From an uncultured Hyphomicrobiales bacterium (lineage in GTDB: Bacteria; Bacteroidota; Ignavibacteria; Kapaibacteriales; UBA2268): a stretch of DNA of 64,000 bases. Location: contig CAZSHX010000004.1 of NCBI GenBank assembly GCA_964606895.1, positions 26,789 through 90,788 on the forward strand, written 5' to 3'. The translations under genes were made by a program, and so were the position numbers. Position 1 is the stretch's first letter; each line of letters starts with the position of its first letter. Positions 49,145 through 59,044 of this stretch are shown here, one piece after another. The notes beneath the pieces are model-generated. The model was given only the letters and a program-made list of their open reading frames with translations. It did not search any database and had not been told where the DNA came from.

Positions 49145-51169
49145 TTATATCTTTACAAACTTCATTACTTTATCCCCAACTCGCACAAAATACATTCCCG
49201 ATGGCAAACCCGAAATGTCAATTCTTAAGCCCTCTCCTTCGGGGAGGGTTTGGGTGGGGTTCTTCAGGGTTTCACCGAAAACGTTGAAGATCCGGATGTC
49301 TGTTTTGGTCAAGGCATGCCTTGACCCTACAGAGATTTCTATATAATACTCTGCAGGATTGGGCGAGATTTGAAAATCATTATTGCTGAATTTTGGGTTA
49401 TCTTCAATATATGCGATATCGAAATCACTTATATCTGCTCTGAAGGCACCCCTGCCGGTTGTACCAGCAAAGACATGATTACCTGTTTTTAAAATCGAAC
49501 TTATCGTTGTCTTGTTCAAACCGTAATTCTTTTCTGTCCAAAAATCTTCATTGTCATTTGAGAAATAGACTCCTTCATTAGTGCCGGCAAAAATATTTTT
49601 CCCTTCAACAATAATGCACTTTACTACTAAATTATTAAGACCATTATTTTTTGTGACCCAATGGTCTCCAAAATCTGTTGAATAGAACAAACCACCGCCG
49701 TCAGTTCCTGCATAAATGTTTTTTCCCCGAACAGCAATGGAAAGAACACCTTGGGAAGTAAATCCCTCATATTTTGAGAACCAATCAATTCCATTGTTTG
49801 AAGAAACAAATACTCCATTTTCTGTAGTACCTGCGACAACAGAATTACCTTCGGCACAAATCGCCCTTACATCTCCCATATTCTTTGATTTCCAGTTTAT
49901 CCCGTTGTCATTCGAAATATAAATACCACCTGAAAAACCTGCAAAAATATTTTTTCCGTTAGCCTCAAGCCCAAGTATAAAGCTACTATTCAAAGTATCG
50001 CTAATCGTCCAGTTTATGCAGTTATCAACAGAATGAAATAATCCTCGGGATGTACCGGCAAATGTAAAATCATCATTTTCAGCAAGTTTATAAACGTGCT
50101 TGTTAGTTAATGTTTGATTACTTGTTAAATTCCAAGTCTCACCGTTATCAGATGATGAAAAAATTCCGTTACCAAGTGTACCGGCTTTTAAGTTTGTCCC
50201 ATCATATAAAAATGCAGTAACAGTTGTTGAACTTAATCCGTTGTTTTTTTCAGTCCAACTATCTCCAAAATCCTTCGAGAGGAATACCCCCCCACCGCCC
50301 ATAGCCGCAAAAATGTTATCATCTTTAAAGGCAATGTTGCGAATATTCGTATTTGACATGATTTCTGATTTTTCAACCCAGCTATCACCGTTATTTGTTG
50401 ATATGAAAATCTTACCGGATGACATGCCTGCAATTATTTTTTTATCTTTAATAGCCATCCATCCGACGGTTAGATCAGTTAAACCGATATTCTTTGAAAC
50501 CCATGTATTTGAACTATCAGCCAAGAAAAATACCCCAAGCATTGTCGCCGCAAAAACATTCTTTCCTTCAGTAACAATTTGCATAACTATTGGGAAATTG
50601 ATGCCATTATTATTCTGTACCCAGTTTTCCCCGCTGTCGGTCGAAATAAAAATCCCTCTGTCACGGGTAGCGGCAAAAACATTATTTCCCGAAAATGCTA
50701 CATTCAGAACCCAATTCGTAGAAAGACCATTACTTTTGTCCTGCCAGTTAACGCCGGAATCAGTTGAAACGAATATTCCGGTAGGAGTACCTGCATAAAC
50801 GGTATTTCCGTCGAAGGCAATACAATTAACCCTGTGGTCAAGCAATCCTGTATTTTTTGGGGTCCAGCTGTTCCCACTATCATTTGAAGAAAAGATGCCG
50901 TCACCCCACGTTCCTGCTAAGATAATATTCTGCCGAATTGCAACAGATTTGAGAAAAAGGTTTGTTAATCCTGTGTTTTTTTCAATCCAACTGTCGCCAT
51001 TGTCAGTTGAAAGAAAAACGCCTCCCCCCCAGGTTCCGCAAAATATATTGTTCTCCCTGAAAGCAATTGAATTTATTGTCCCTCCGTTCAATCCGGAATT
51101 GTGTGGCTCCCATTTGGAATATAAATGCTGAATCATGATTAAAAGCAAAATAATAATAATTTTTTTCAT
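49145..51169 (-). CDS. BNR/Ycf48-like beta-propeller repeat protein with a T9SS C-terminal sorting domain
   Basis: 674 aa. Signal peptide. More than 12 repeats of GT..(G/R)G(I/V)F.S.(D/N).G..W. C-terminal ISPNPAEYYIEISVG...GMYFVRVGDKVMKFVKI. Confidence 0.7.
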   Translation of the reverse strand: MKKIIIILLLIMIQHLYSKWEPHNSGLNGGTINSIAFRENNIFCGTWGGGVFLSTDNGDSWIEKNTGLTNLFLKSVAIRQNIILAGTWGDGIFSSNDSGNSWTPKNTGLLDHRVNCIAFDGNTVYAGTPTGIFVSTDSGVNWQDKSNGLSTNWVLNVAFSGNNVFAATRDRGIFISTDSGENWVQNNNGINFPIVMQIVTEGKNVFAATMLGVFFLADSSNTWVSKNIGLTDLTVGWMAIKDKKIIAGMSSGKIFISTNNGDSWVEKSEIMSNTNIRNIAFKDDNIFAAMGGGGVFLSKDFGDSWTEKNNGLSSTTVTAFLYDGTNLKAGTLGNGIFSSSDNGETWNLTSNQTLTNKHVYKLAENDDFTFAGTSRGLFHSVDNCINWTISDTLNSSFILGLEANGKNIFAGFSGGIYISNDNGINWKSKNMGDVRAICAEGNSVVAGTTENGVFVSSNNGIDWFSKYEGFTSQGVLSIAVRGKNIYAGTDGGGLFYSTDFGDHWVTKNNGLNNLVVKCIIVEGKNIFAGTNEGVYFSNDNEDFWTEKNYGLNKTTISSILKTGNHVFAGTTGRGAFRADISDFDIAYIEDNPKFSNNDFQISPNPAEYYIEISVGSRHALTKTDIRIFNVFGETLKNPTQTLPEGEGLRIDISGLPSGMYFVRVGDKVMKFVKI

Positions 51170-51180
51170 GTTTTTTATCC

Positions 51181-53625
51181 TTATATCTTCACAAATTTCC
51201 CAACTTTTTCCCCCACCCTCACAAAATATATTCCAGGAGACAAACCCGAAACATCAATTTTTTCTTTCCATTCCGTTTCAAAAACTTTTAAGCCGAGAGT
51301 AGAAAAGATTTGAATTGTTTTGATATTCTTTAAAGTATGTAAATAAAGATGATCGACAGCGGGATTAGGACTTAACTGTGATGAAAAATCAGATTGTCGG
51401 ATATCTTCATTCACATCAGTGATTATATCTAATTTTGCTACAAATACATCACCATCGACATACTCGTGATTAGGTTTACCGATAGGCTCATAAGCATTTG
51501 GAGTTGTGGGAAAATCTGTAGAATTTGTTGCGCCAGCTATTATTATTGAACCGGCATCATCTATATCAATTAATGAACCTTCCTCCCATGCGATTCCTCC
51601 AAGATATGTTGAAAATAACAATTTCGATAAATCAGGATTCATTTTGCTGATGAAAGCATCCCCGAATGCACCAATATCTAAATTTGTTCCGTTGTTTTGG
51701 GTTTGGATAGCATCTTTTGTCAAAGGAAAATCGTCTGTCCATGTATTACCGATTAAAAAAACATTGTTTAAACTGTCGAGTATCATATCGTGACAATCCG
51801 AATCCCATCTCCCGCCTAATAAAGTAGAACTTATTAAAGCAGAGCAATCTTTATTAAATTTAGATATGAAAAGCATCCCGTCCCCGAAATATTTTCTTTG
51901 ATATGCATTTGGTGTAGTCGGAAAATCTTCCTGTGGTGTAGTTCCGGCTATGTATGGATTCCCTTCAGTATCTAGTTTTATTTTATTGATTGACATGCCT
52001 CTTTTAGGATTGCCAAAATATGTTGAAAATAATAATTTTTCGCAATTAGAATCAAATTTACTTATGAATCCTGAAACGGGAAAATCGTTATTTGTGTTGA
52101 TTTTTTTTTGATAGGCATTAGTTGAAATTTGGAAATCTTTGGATTCTGTTGCACCTGTGATATATATATTCTTATCCTTATCAATTATCATACTTTTTGG
52201 TGAATCCCAACCGGAACCTCCAAAAAATGAAGAAAATACAATTCCTGATAAATCAGGTTTAAACTTTGTGATGAATGCATCTGTCTGTCCGGATATTTTC
52301 TTTTGATATGCTCTGGAAGTTATCGGAAAATCAACAATATTCGAATCTGCCGGTTTAATATATCCTAAGACATAAGAATATCCTTCGTCATCAATAAAAG
52401 AATCATATAATTCATATGTGCCGGGACTATTTAAATTTGTATCACAGCCGAATAAGGTTGAATTAATAATTTTTGTTCCTGAACTATCGAATTGAGTTAT
52501 GAATATATTGTTATTACCATGAGGAATTCCTTTGAGTTTTTTTTGATAAGCATTTAATGTTGTAGGAAAGTCGTCTGCAGCTAAGTCGTAACTAATAGCT
52601 GTACCAATAACATTGATTTTGTTATTATGTATAATTATTTTATATGGATGCGTACCCAGATTTGATGAATCTCCGCCAAAATAACTTGAATAAATTAACT
52701 TTGAACCATCAGCTGAAAGAACTGAAAAGAAACCTGTTCCATTATTTTTTTTCATCGCATTTTCAGTAATTGGATAATCTTTTGAGTTAGTATATCCAGT
52801 AATAAATATATTCCCTGCTTTATCATGTGTAATAGAATTAGGGTGGTCATCTCTATAGCCATGTATATAAGTTGAAAAAACTAATGGGTCAATAATTAAA
52901 TCGTATGTTTTATCGTATTGATTTGCATCAAAACTTAAAAGGTCGTTGTTAAATTGGATTTTTGCAGGAATATCTTTCTTTTGATTTTGTATTAACTGGT
53001 ATGAGAATAAGTCCTTATGCTCAATTGTTCCTAATATTGTCGATATAAGCACTTTCCCATTATTCAACCAAATCGAGTCTGCACCCTCAAAATTTATTTT
53101 TATTTCAGAAATATTAGCTCCCGGATGAACAATAAAATCATATCTGAATTGATTTTGCTGGAAATACAGCCGCATATCAATTCCATCATATAGATTATCA
53201 ATGAGAACTTCTTTGAAGTGTGAAACATTTGTTGCCCATTTTAATTTATCACTGCCAATAAAATAATTATAGTATGAAGAAAGTTTATTGACTCCTGAAA
53301 TATTTTTTCTTTCCAAATTAAAATTTGAATTTGCAAACTGCATCTTTATGACTTGACTCAGAACCTCTCTTTCCTGATTGTTTATCCCTTTATCTTTAAT
53401 ATCATAATCAATTTTATTTCGAGTGAAACATTTTGGATCAGGATTACACTCATTTTGATAATAATCGAAAACAATATCTCTATCAGTTACCCATATATTG
53501 CAGCCAGGAAGATTAGCAAAGAATTTTACTTCCGAATTCCACTGACCTTTGTTTTCAACGAAAAAACTCTCTTTTGCAAAAGCAAAATTGGATAAAATTA
53601 AAACCACTAATAATATTTTTCTCAT
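51181..53625 (-). CDS. SBBP beta-propeller repeat protein with a T9SS C-terminal sorting domain
   Basis: 814 aa. Signal peptide. Repeats (F/Y)S(S/T)(Y/F)(F/L)GG...D......D..GN(I/V)(Y/F)(I/L)(T/A)G.T.S.DFP.T. C-terminal LSPNPAVDHLYLHTL...GIYFVRVGEKVGKFVKI. Confidence 0.7.
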   Translation of the reverse strand: MRKILLVVLILSNFAFAKESFFVENKGQWNSEVKFFANLPGCNIWVTDRDIVFDYYQNECNPDPKCFTRNKIDYDIKDKGINNQEREVLSQVIKMQFANSNFNLERKNISGVNKLSSYYNYFIGSDKLKWATNVSHFKEVLIDNLYDGIDMRLYFQQNQFRYDFIVHPGANISEIKINFEGADSIWLNNGKVLISTILGTIEHKDLFSYQLIQNQKKDIPAKIQFNNDLLSFDANQYDKTYDLIIDPLVFSTYIHGYRDDHPNSITHDKAGNIFITGYTNSKDYPITENAMKKNNGTGFFSVLSADGSKLIYSSYFGGDSSNLGTHPYKIIIHNNKINVIGTAISYDLAADDFPTTLNAYQKKLKGIPHGNNNIFITQFDSSGTKIINSTLFGCDTNLNSPGTYELYDSFIDDEGYSYVLGYIKPADSNIVDFPITSRAYQKKISGQTDAFITKFKPDLSGIVFSSFFGGSGWDSPKSMIIDKDKNIYITGATESKDFQISTNAYQKKINTNNDFPVSGFISKFDSNCEKLLFSTYFGNPKRGMSINKIKLDTEGNPYIAGTTPQEDFPTTPNAYQRKYFGDGMLFISKFNKDCSALISSTLLGGRWDSDCHDMILDSLNNVFLIGNTWTDDFPLTKDAIQTQNNGTNLDIGAFGDAFISKMNPDLSKLLFSTYLGGIAWEEGSLIDIDDAGSIIIAGATNSTDFPTTPNAYEPIGKPNHEYVDGDVFVAKLDIITDVNEDIRQSDFSSQLSPNPAVDHLYLHTLKNIKTIQIFSTLGLKVFETEWKEKIDVSGLSPGIYFVRVGEKVGKFVKI

Positions 53626-53634
53626 AATTAATCT

Positions 53635-55161
53635 CTATATTTTAATGAATTTACTTACTTGATTACCTACCCACACAAAATATACCCCCGACGGCAAATC
53701 CGAAACGTCAATTCTTTGTCCTCCGCTGGCGGAGGTGTCTGCGGAGCAGACGGAGGTGGACTCTTCCTGCCCAAACACATTGTAAATCCTAAGAACTGGA
53801 TTCCTCACTTCGTGCGGAATGACGGTTAGGTTGAATGATATTACAATAAAATCTTCTGCAGGGTTCGGTTGAATGGAAAAATTATCCAAGGCCTTAATTT
53901 CTTGTTGCTCATTTATCCCATCGGGTTTCTCGATTTCTATGGCACCAATGGAACGTGATGTAATTGAAAATTGATTGCCGTAAAAATCGGTGGTTGGCTC
54001 TGTCTCGGTCATGCCCTTTCCTAAAGCAGGACTGCCCACAACGAGATGAAAGTCATTGCCCGAACCATCAGCGAAGATTTGCGTTCCTGAGCCATAAATC
54101 ATTGGATTTTGGTCCTTTATGGCATCCAAATCCGGAGTATCCCAATATGGTCCTTTAAATGACGGATTCGTTATGCCATAATAAATATTTTTCCCGAAGC
54201 TTGCCGCCCCCGCCGGCTGTATTCCTCCATTAATATAAGCTGAAGAACCAAAAGCAAATATATTATTTTCAATTCTGTTTCCTGATAATGACGGGTACAG
54301 ACTGCTCGTGGTAAGAAAACGCATGGTTGCCTGTCCGCAATTGTAAAAAGTATTGTTAATCACTTTGCAATCAACAGCCGAAGACAGAGCTAATCCCCGA
54401 TAGCCGCCAATGATTATGTTAGAATAAAATTTAAGATTTTTGACTTCAAATTTATCTTCGGGGCAGTAGAACTCTGCACCGGTGTCGCCACCAAGTTCAA
54501 ACGCAACCCATGGGTCTTTCGAGGCGTTAATGAAAATATTTCGTTCCATGGTAATATTGGATGCACCGCCCTTGATATGCCCCCCGGTCAGGCAATTTTC
54601 AAATCGGTTAAGGCGTATAATCCCATTCCGGCAAACATTATAATCCATAGTTGAAAGTCCCGACATATCTTTGAAAATGCAATTCGTCACTTCGAAGCTG
54701 TCCACACCGCCAAATTTAAAAGCGGCTATTGCTTTCGGGTCAGTCGCATTTGAAAAGACGCAACTGTCCACCTTGATAAATTTTGACTGAGTTTCACAGC
54801 TACCGCTATTGTCAACGCTGAAGAGCCTTCCCGGATATTTGGCATTACCTTTGAAATTCAGATTAAGGAACTTAATATACTCACAACTCATAAACTGCCA
54901 GCAACCTGAAATATCTATTTCATCATTTTCAAACCGGCTGATAACTATCGGGTTGGATTTATTGCCCTTTAATTTGGATATACCCTGATAGCCGCCGTAA
55001 GAACCAGCATGCAGAAAAACCGTATCGCCCGGATGAATTGCCACGGCATTCACAGCGGCTTCAATATTCGGATACGTCTGCCCGGGACCAAGGTGGACAT
55101 TGCCCAAGCAAGACATTGAAAATAAAAAGATAGACAACAATGCTATAAATAAAGCTTTCAT
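53635..55161 (-). CDS. Right-handed parallel beta-helix (pectate-lyase-fold) protein with a T9SS C-terminal sorting domain
   Basis: 508 aa. Signal peptide. Repeated NxxF(x)N/G-rich coil motifs (INNTFYNCGQ, IENNIFAFGS). C-terminal IQPNPAEDFIVISFN...GVYFVWVGNQVSKFIKI. Confidence 0.6.
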   Translation of the reverse strand: MKALFIALLSIFLFSMSCLGNVHLGPGQTYPNIEAAVNAVAIHPGDTVFLHAGSYGGYQGISKLKGNKSNPIVISRFENDEIDISGCWQFMSCEYIKFLNLNFKGNAKYPGRLFSVDNSGSCETQSKFIKVDSCVFSNATDPKAIAAFKFGGVDSFEVTNCIFKDMSGLSTMDYNVCRNGIIRLNRFENCLTGGHIKGGASNITMERNIFINASKDPWVAFELGGDTGAEFYCPEDKFEVKNLKFYSNIIIGGYRGLALSSAVDCKVINNTFYNCGQATMRFLTTSSLYPSLSGNRIENNIFAFGSSAYINGGIQPAGAASFGKNIYYGITNPSFKGPYWDTPDLDAIKDQNPMIYGSGTQIFADGSGNDFHLVVGSPALGKGMTETEPTTDFYGNQFSITSRSIGAIEIEKPDGINEQQEIKALDNFSIQPNPAEDFIVISFNLTVIPHEVRNPVLRIYNVFGQEESTSVCSADTSASGGQRIDVSDLPSGVYFVWVGNQVSKFIKI

Positions 55162-55529
55162 AATGTTTACTGCTAATCATTTTACGAATTACTCAATTCC
55201 AAAAATACTAAACTTTTTGTGGAGTTTTTAAAATAATTGTAAAACTGAAAATAATTCATAAATTTATAGTAAAAAGTTTGATAAAAAAATATGAATTTGT
55301 TAGATTGAAATTTAGCAGTATCGTCTATAATATTATATCATTTATTAGGTTACTTTTGTATTATGCAAAATTACTATTTTGCATATAGTACAAGTAAGTA
55401 AGACAAATTGGGATATAAGCTAAGACAAAGCAGAATTTACTGTTTTGTTCGCTTTCTGATGAAAAATATACCGAAATAATTTCGGGAAATTAATCGAACT
55501 AATAAGTATTATTAATAAATGGAGACATC

Positions 55530-55988
55530 ATGAAATTACTAACCGGAATTATTGCCCTCATTTTCGCATTAAGTATGAACTTAAAAGCGGAAAGCGACAC
55601 TTTGCTCATTAACATGAAAGACGGCAAAGTAGAAAAATTCGCAATTACTCAAATTCAAAAAATCAAATTTGAGAATATAACCAAAGTTGAAGACCAAATC
55701 CTGAAACCGCAAAACCTTTCCGTAACAGGGAATTTCCCTAATCCTTTCACAGATAAAACTGAAATCGAGTTTGAGACGAAAGACTTCGGAAGTGTTGAAA
55801 TCGTAATTTTCGATAACTCAGGTAAACAAATTCAAAATCTTGAATGCCTGAATTGTACAGCCGGCAAAAATACTCTGATTTGGAACTGTTTGGATAAAAA
55901 TAATAATCGCGTACAGAATGGAACTTATTTCTACGAAGTACGATTCGGTAAAGAAGTGCTTTTACGGAAAATGATTTTAGTAAAATAA
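55530..55988 (+). CDS. Small secreted protein: one copy of a roughly 28-aa N-terminal repeat plus a T9SS C-terminal sorting domain
   Basis: 152 aa. Signal peptide. DTLLINMKDGKVEKFAITQIQKIKFEN. Then GNFPNPFTDKTEIEFETKD...GTYFYEVRFGKEVLLRKMILVK. Confidence 0.6.
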   Translation: MKLLTGIIALIFALSMNLKAESDTLLINMKDGKVEKFAITQIQKIKFENITKVEDQILKPQNLSVTGNFPNPFTDKTEIEFETKDFGSVEIVIFDNSGKQIQNLECLNCTAGKNTLIWNCLDKNNNRVQNGTYFYEVRFGKEVLLRKMILVK

Positions 55989-56048
55989 ATGCTATAAATC
56001 ATTTGAATGATTAATTTTATATAATTCAAATAAATAAAGGAAAATAAC

Positions 56049-58910
56049 ATGAAAAAATATTTACTCTTTTTAGTGGTTTTAGTGCTGTCGGTTCCCCTTT
56101 TTGCTCAACAGCCTAAGGTTAATTTATTTCTGAACGACGGAACAACCAAACAGCTAAATCTCTCGGACATTGAAGATTTGAAATTCATTATTGGAAGCAG
56201 TGCCTGCTTTATTAAAATATTCTATGAAGATTCTCTAATAGAAAATTACCAAACAAAGAATATCGAGAAAATGAAATTTGAAACTGATGCAAACAAATTT
56301 CAGGTACTGAATATTTACATTGATGGTTCGGCAAATAGTTTCAAATTAGCTGACCTCGACAGCATTAATTTCTTCATCGCTGAAACTCCCGTACCTCAAA
56401 TTGCGAGTATAAATCCTACTTCCGGAAAAATCGGGATTGAAGTAACATTGGTTGGTAAGAATTTTGGAGAAACACAAGGAACAAGTATTGTTTCTTTCAA
56501 AGGGAAAAATGCAATTGATTACAAAAAATGGAGCGATACACTGATTAAAATCAATGTTCCAGCCGGAGCCACAACCGGAAAAGTTTCCGTTACCGTCAAA
56601 GGAATTAAAAGCAATGAAGTGGATTTCACGATTCCATCGGAATTACTGACTTTAACACCAACTTCAGGCAAAATTGGAGATATAATCACAATCGCCGGGA
56701 CAGCATTTGGTACTGTTCAAGCCGGCAGTTTAATAACATTTAATGATACCAATGCAACAGAATATTCCTCCTGGAGCGATAATCAAATCAAGGTAAAAGT
56801 TCCAAAAGGTGCTATGTCCGGCAATGTTAATTTAATTATTAATGGACAAAAAACCAATGGGCTTAATTTTACTGTTTTGCCAAAATTTGAGAGTATAACT
56901 CCTTCATCAGGAAAAATCGGGGATACTGTCATACTTGCCGGCTCAGGATTCGGAATACTTAAAGATACAAGTTTTGTTTTCTTCACCGGAAAGAAAGCTG
57001 TTGACTATATAAGTAAAACCACTACTGAAATAAAATTAAAAGTTCCGGTTGGAGCTAAAACGGGTGCTGTTTATATATCATCAGGAGGAAATAAAAGCAA
57101 CGAACTGAATTTTAGTATTTTCCCCCAGATTACAAAAATTGCTCCCGATTCAGCCGGTGTTGCCGATGAAGTAACAATCACCGGAACCGGTTTTGGAGAC
57201 AAAGCAGGTGCAAGTTTTGTAACTTTTAACGATATCAAAGCAAATGAAGTTACAAGCTGGAGCGATATCAAGATAGTATTAAAAGTTCCTGCCGGGGCTG
57301 TTTCCGGTACTGTTTGGATTAACATGTCGGATATTAAAAGCAATGAAGTGAAATTTACGGTTATACAACACCTCCTGAGCGTTTCGCCAAATGCTTTAAA
57401 AATCGGAGACCAGATGACAATCACAGGCACAAACTTTGGTGCAAACAGGGAAACAAATACAGTTTTATTCAACAACATAACGGCTATAAATTATGATTCA
57501 TGGACTGATACAGAAATAAAATTGAAAATTCCTGAAAATGTCGTTAGCGGCAAACTCTATGTGTTGATTGGCACAAAGAAAAGTAATCCGGGGGATTATT
57601 CAATTATACCTGAATTTTTTGGTATCAGCCCAACATCCGGAAGATTAGGGAATTTAGTCAATATTACAGGCAAAGGTTTTGGTGATGTTCAGGGTTCGGG
57701 ATATGTTTCCTTTACCGGAGGAAATGCGACCGAGATTCTCAGTTGGTCAAATACAGCTATTAGCCTGAAAGTTCCGGCATCTGCTAAGACCGGTAAAGTT
57801 TCTGTGAACGCAAGCGGACAAAAAAGCAATGAATTGGACTTTTCGATTTTACCAACAGTTTTCAGTATCTTACCTTATGTCGGATTGCCCGGAGATCAGG
57901 TTACTTTAACAGGTGTAAGCTTTGGAGCAAATCGTGATGCAAGTTTTGTGTCATTTAAAAATGCAAATGCCGTTAGCTACACCAGCTGGACAGATACCGA
58001 AATTAAAGTAATTCTGCCTGTGGGTGCTGAAACCGGAAAAGTTTCAGTAACTGTTGGGACAGAAAAAAGCAACGAAGTTGATTTCTATTTGACACCGGTT
58101 ATATCCGGAATTTCGCCTAACAGCGGGAAAATTGGAGATCAGGTAACAATTTCAGGTAGTAACTTTGGAGCTACAAGAGGCACAAGTACGATGACTTTCA
58201 ATACTGCAAGTGTAACTACTTTTAATAGTTGGAGCAATACCTCAATTACGGTTGTTGTTCCGGTTGGGACGAGGACCGGGAAAGTTTCAGTTGTTGTGAA
58301 TAATATAAAAAGCAATGAAGTTGATTTCACTGATACAGACATCTTTTATGAAACTGTTACCATAGGCACTCAGGAGTGGATGCTTAAAAATCTTGATTCG
58401 GCAAGATACCGCAATGGTGATGCTATCCCGCAAGTTACCGATGCAACTGAGTGGGCAAATTTAACAACCGGTGCATGGTGCTATTATAACAATAGTTCAG
58501 CTAACAATGAGCCTTACGGCAAACTGTATAATTGGTATGCCGTTAATGATTCCCGCGGTATTGGTCCATCTGGGTTTCACATCCCTACGGATACTGAGTT
58601 GCAGACATTAATTGATTACCTGGGCGGTGGTACAATTGCCGGTGGAAAAATGAAAGAATCCGGAACAAGTCATTGGGCAAATCCAAATACCGGTGCTACA
58701 AATGAAAGCGGGTTTACTGCGGTTGGAGGTGGTTATCGTATAGGAACAGGTGCATTTCAGCAATTCAACAATGCAGGTTCTTACTGGTCACGAACAGAAG
58801 CCGACACATACAATGGTTATCACAGAGTGATGTATTATAATAATGCGACTATAGCAAGATATGCCAATGGAAAAGTTATCGGTTTTTCAGTTCGTTTAAT
58901 AAAAGATTAA
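56049..58910 (+). CDS. Large secreted protein: three N-terminal short repeats, eight tandem IPT/TIG-like 81-aa repeats, and a C-terminal FISUMP domain
   Basis: 953 aa. Signal peptide. The repeat P.I.SI.P.SGKIGD.VTI.G..FG...G.S.V.F........SWSD..I.V.VP.GA.TG.V.V...G.KSNE.DF occurs eight times. C-terminal TIGTQEWMLKNLD...AWCYYNNSSANNEPYGKLYNWYAV...GFHIPTDTELQTLIDYLGG...AGGKMKESGTSHW...ESGFTAVGGGYRIG matches the TIGR02145-type pattern. Confidence 0.7.
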   Translation: MKKYLLFLVVLVLSVPLFAQQPKVNLFLNDGTTKQLNLSDIEDLKFIIGSSACFIKIFYEDSLIENYQTKNIEKMKFETDANKFQVLNIYIDGSANSFKLADLDSINFFIAETPVPQIASINPTSGKIGIEVTLVGKNFGETQGTSIVSFKGKNAIDYKKWSDTLIKINVPAGATTGKVSVTVKGIKSNEVDFTIPSELLTLTPTSGKIGDIITIAGTAFGTVQAGSLITFNDTNATEYSSWSDNQIKVKVPKGAMSGNVNLIINGQKTNGLNFTVLPKFESITPSSGKIGDTVILAGSGFGILKDTSFVFFTGKKAVDYISKTTTEIKLKVPVGAKTGAVYISSGGNKSNELNFSIFPQITKIAPDSAGVADEVTITGTGFGDKAGASFVTFNDIKANEVTSWSDIKIVLKVPAGAVSGTVWINMSDIKSNEVKFTVIQHLLSVSPNALKIGDQMTITGTNFGANRETNTVLFNNITAINYDSWTDTEIKLKIPENVVSGKLYVLIGTKKSNPGDYSIIPEFFGISPTSGRLGNLVNITGKGFGDVQGSGYVSFTGGNATEILSWSNTAISLKVPASAKTGKVSVNASGQKSNELDFSILPTVFSILPYVGLPGDQVTLTGVSFGANRDASFVSFKNANAVSYTSWTDTEIKVILPVGAETGKVSVTVGTEKSNEVDFYLTPVISGISPNSGKIGDQVTISGSNFGATRGTSTMTFNTASVTTFNSWSNTSITVVVPVGTRTGKVSVVVNNIKSNEVDFTDTDIFYETVTIGTQEWMLKNLDSARYRNGDAIPQVTDATEWANLTTGAWCYYNNSSANNEPYGKLYNWYAVNDSRGIGPSGFHIPTDTELQTLIDYLGGGTIAGGKMKESGTSHWANPNTGATNESGFTAVGGGYRIGTGAFQQFNNAGSYWSRTEADTYNGYHRVMYYNNATIARYANGKVIGFSVRLIKD
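56388..58331 (+). repeat. Array of eight 243-bp (81-codon) in-frame tandem repeats encoding IPT/TIG-like domains
   Basis: Repeat boundaries recur at ...NEVDFTI / PSELLTLTPTSGKIGD..., ...NFTV / LPKFESITPSSGKIGD... and so on. The copies are diverged at the nucleotide level. Confidence 0.7.
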
Positions 58911-58936
58911 TCAGGATTTTAAGAAAATCAAGGGGT

Positions 58937-58966
58937 TTGTCATCCCTGCGTTCGCTGGGATGACAA
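58937..58966 (+). terminator. Hairpin terminator after the 56049..58910 gene
   Basis: ttgtcatccc-tgcgttcgct-gggatgacaa forms a 10-bp perfect stem, with a T-rich stretch (ttatataaatttgcttttttt) downstream. Confidence 0.5.
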
Positions 58967-59044
58967 TTATATAAATTTGCTTTTTTTAAAAGCCGATTAT
59001 TAATGATGTAACTTTGGAATAATGTTTTTTTAATTAAAATTAAC

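Noticed and set aside
50241-50798. A 185-aa plus-strand ORF, and many other 60 to 140-aa ORFs antisense to or nested in large genes (for example 1019..1348, 3114..3416, 12151..12456, 31401..31820, 41964..42392, 57071..57478, 63149..63891).
   Set aside because: They are fully embedded in much longer, motif-supported genes on the opposite strand or another frame. Their products are low complexity with no domain signatures. They are typical shadow ORFs of repeat-rich, codon-biased genes.
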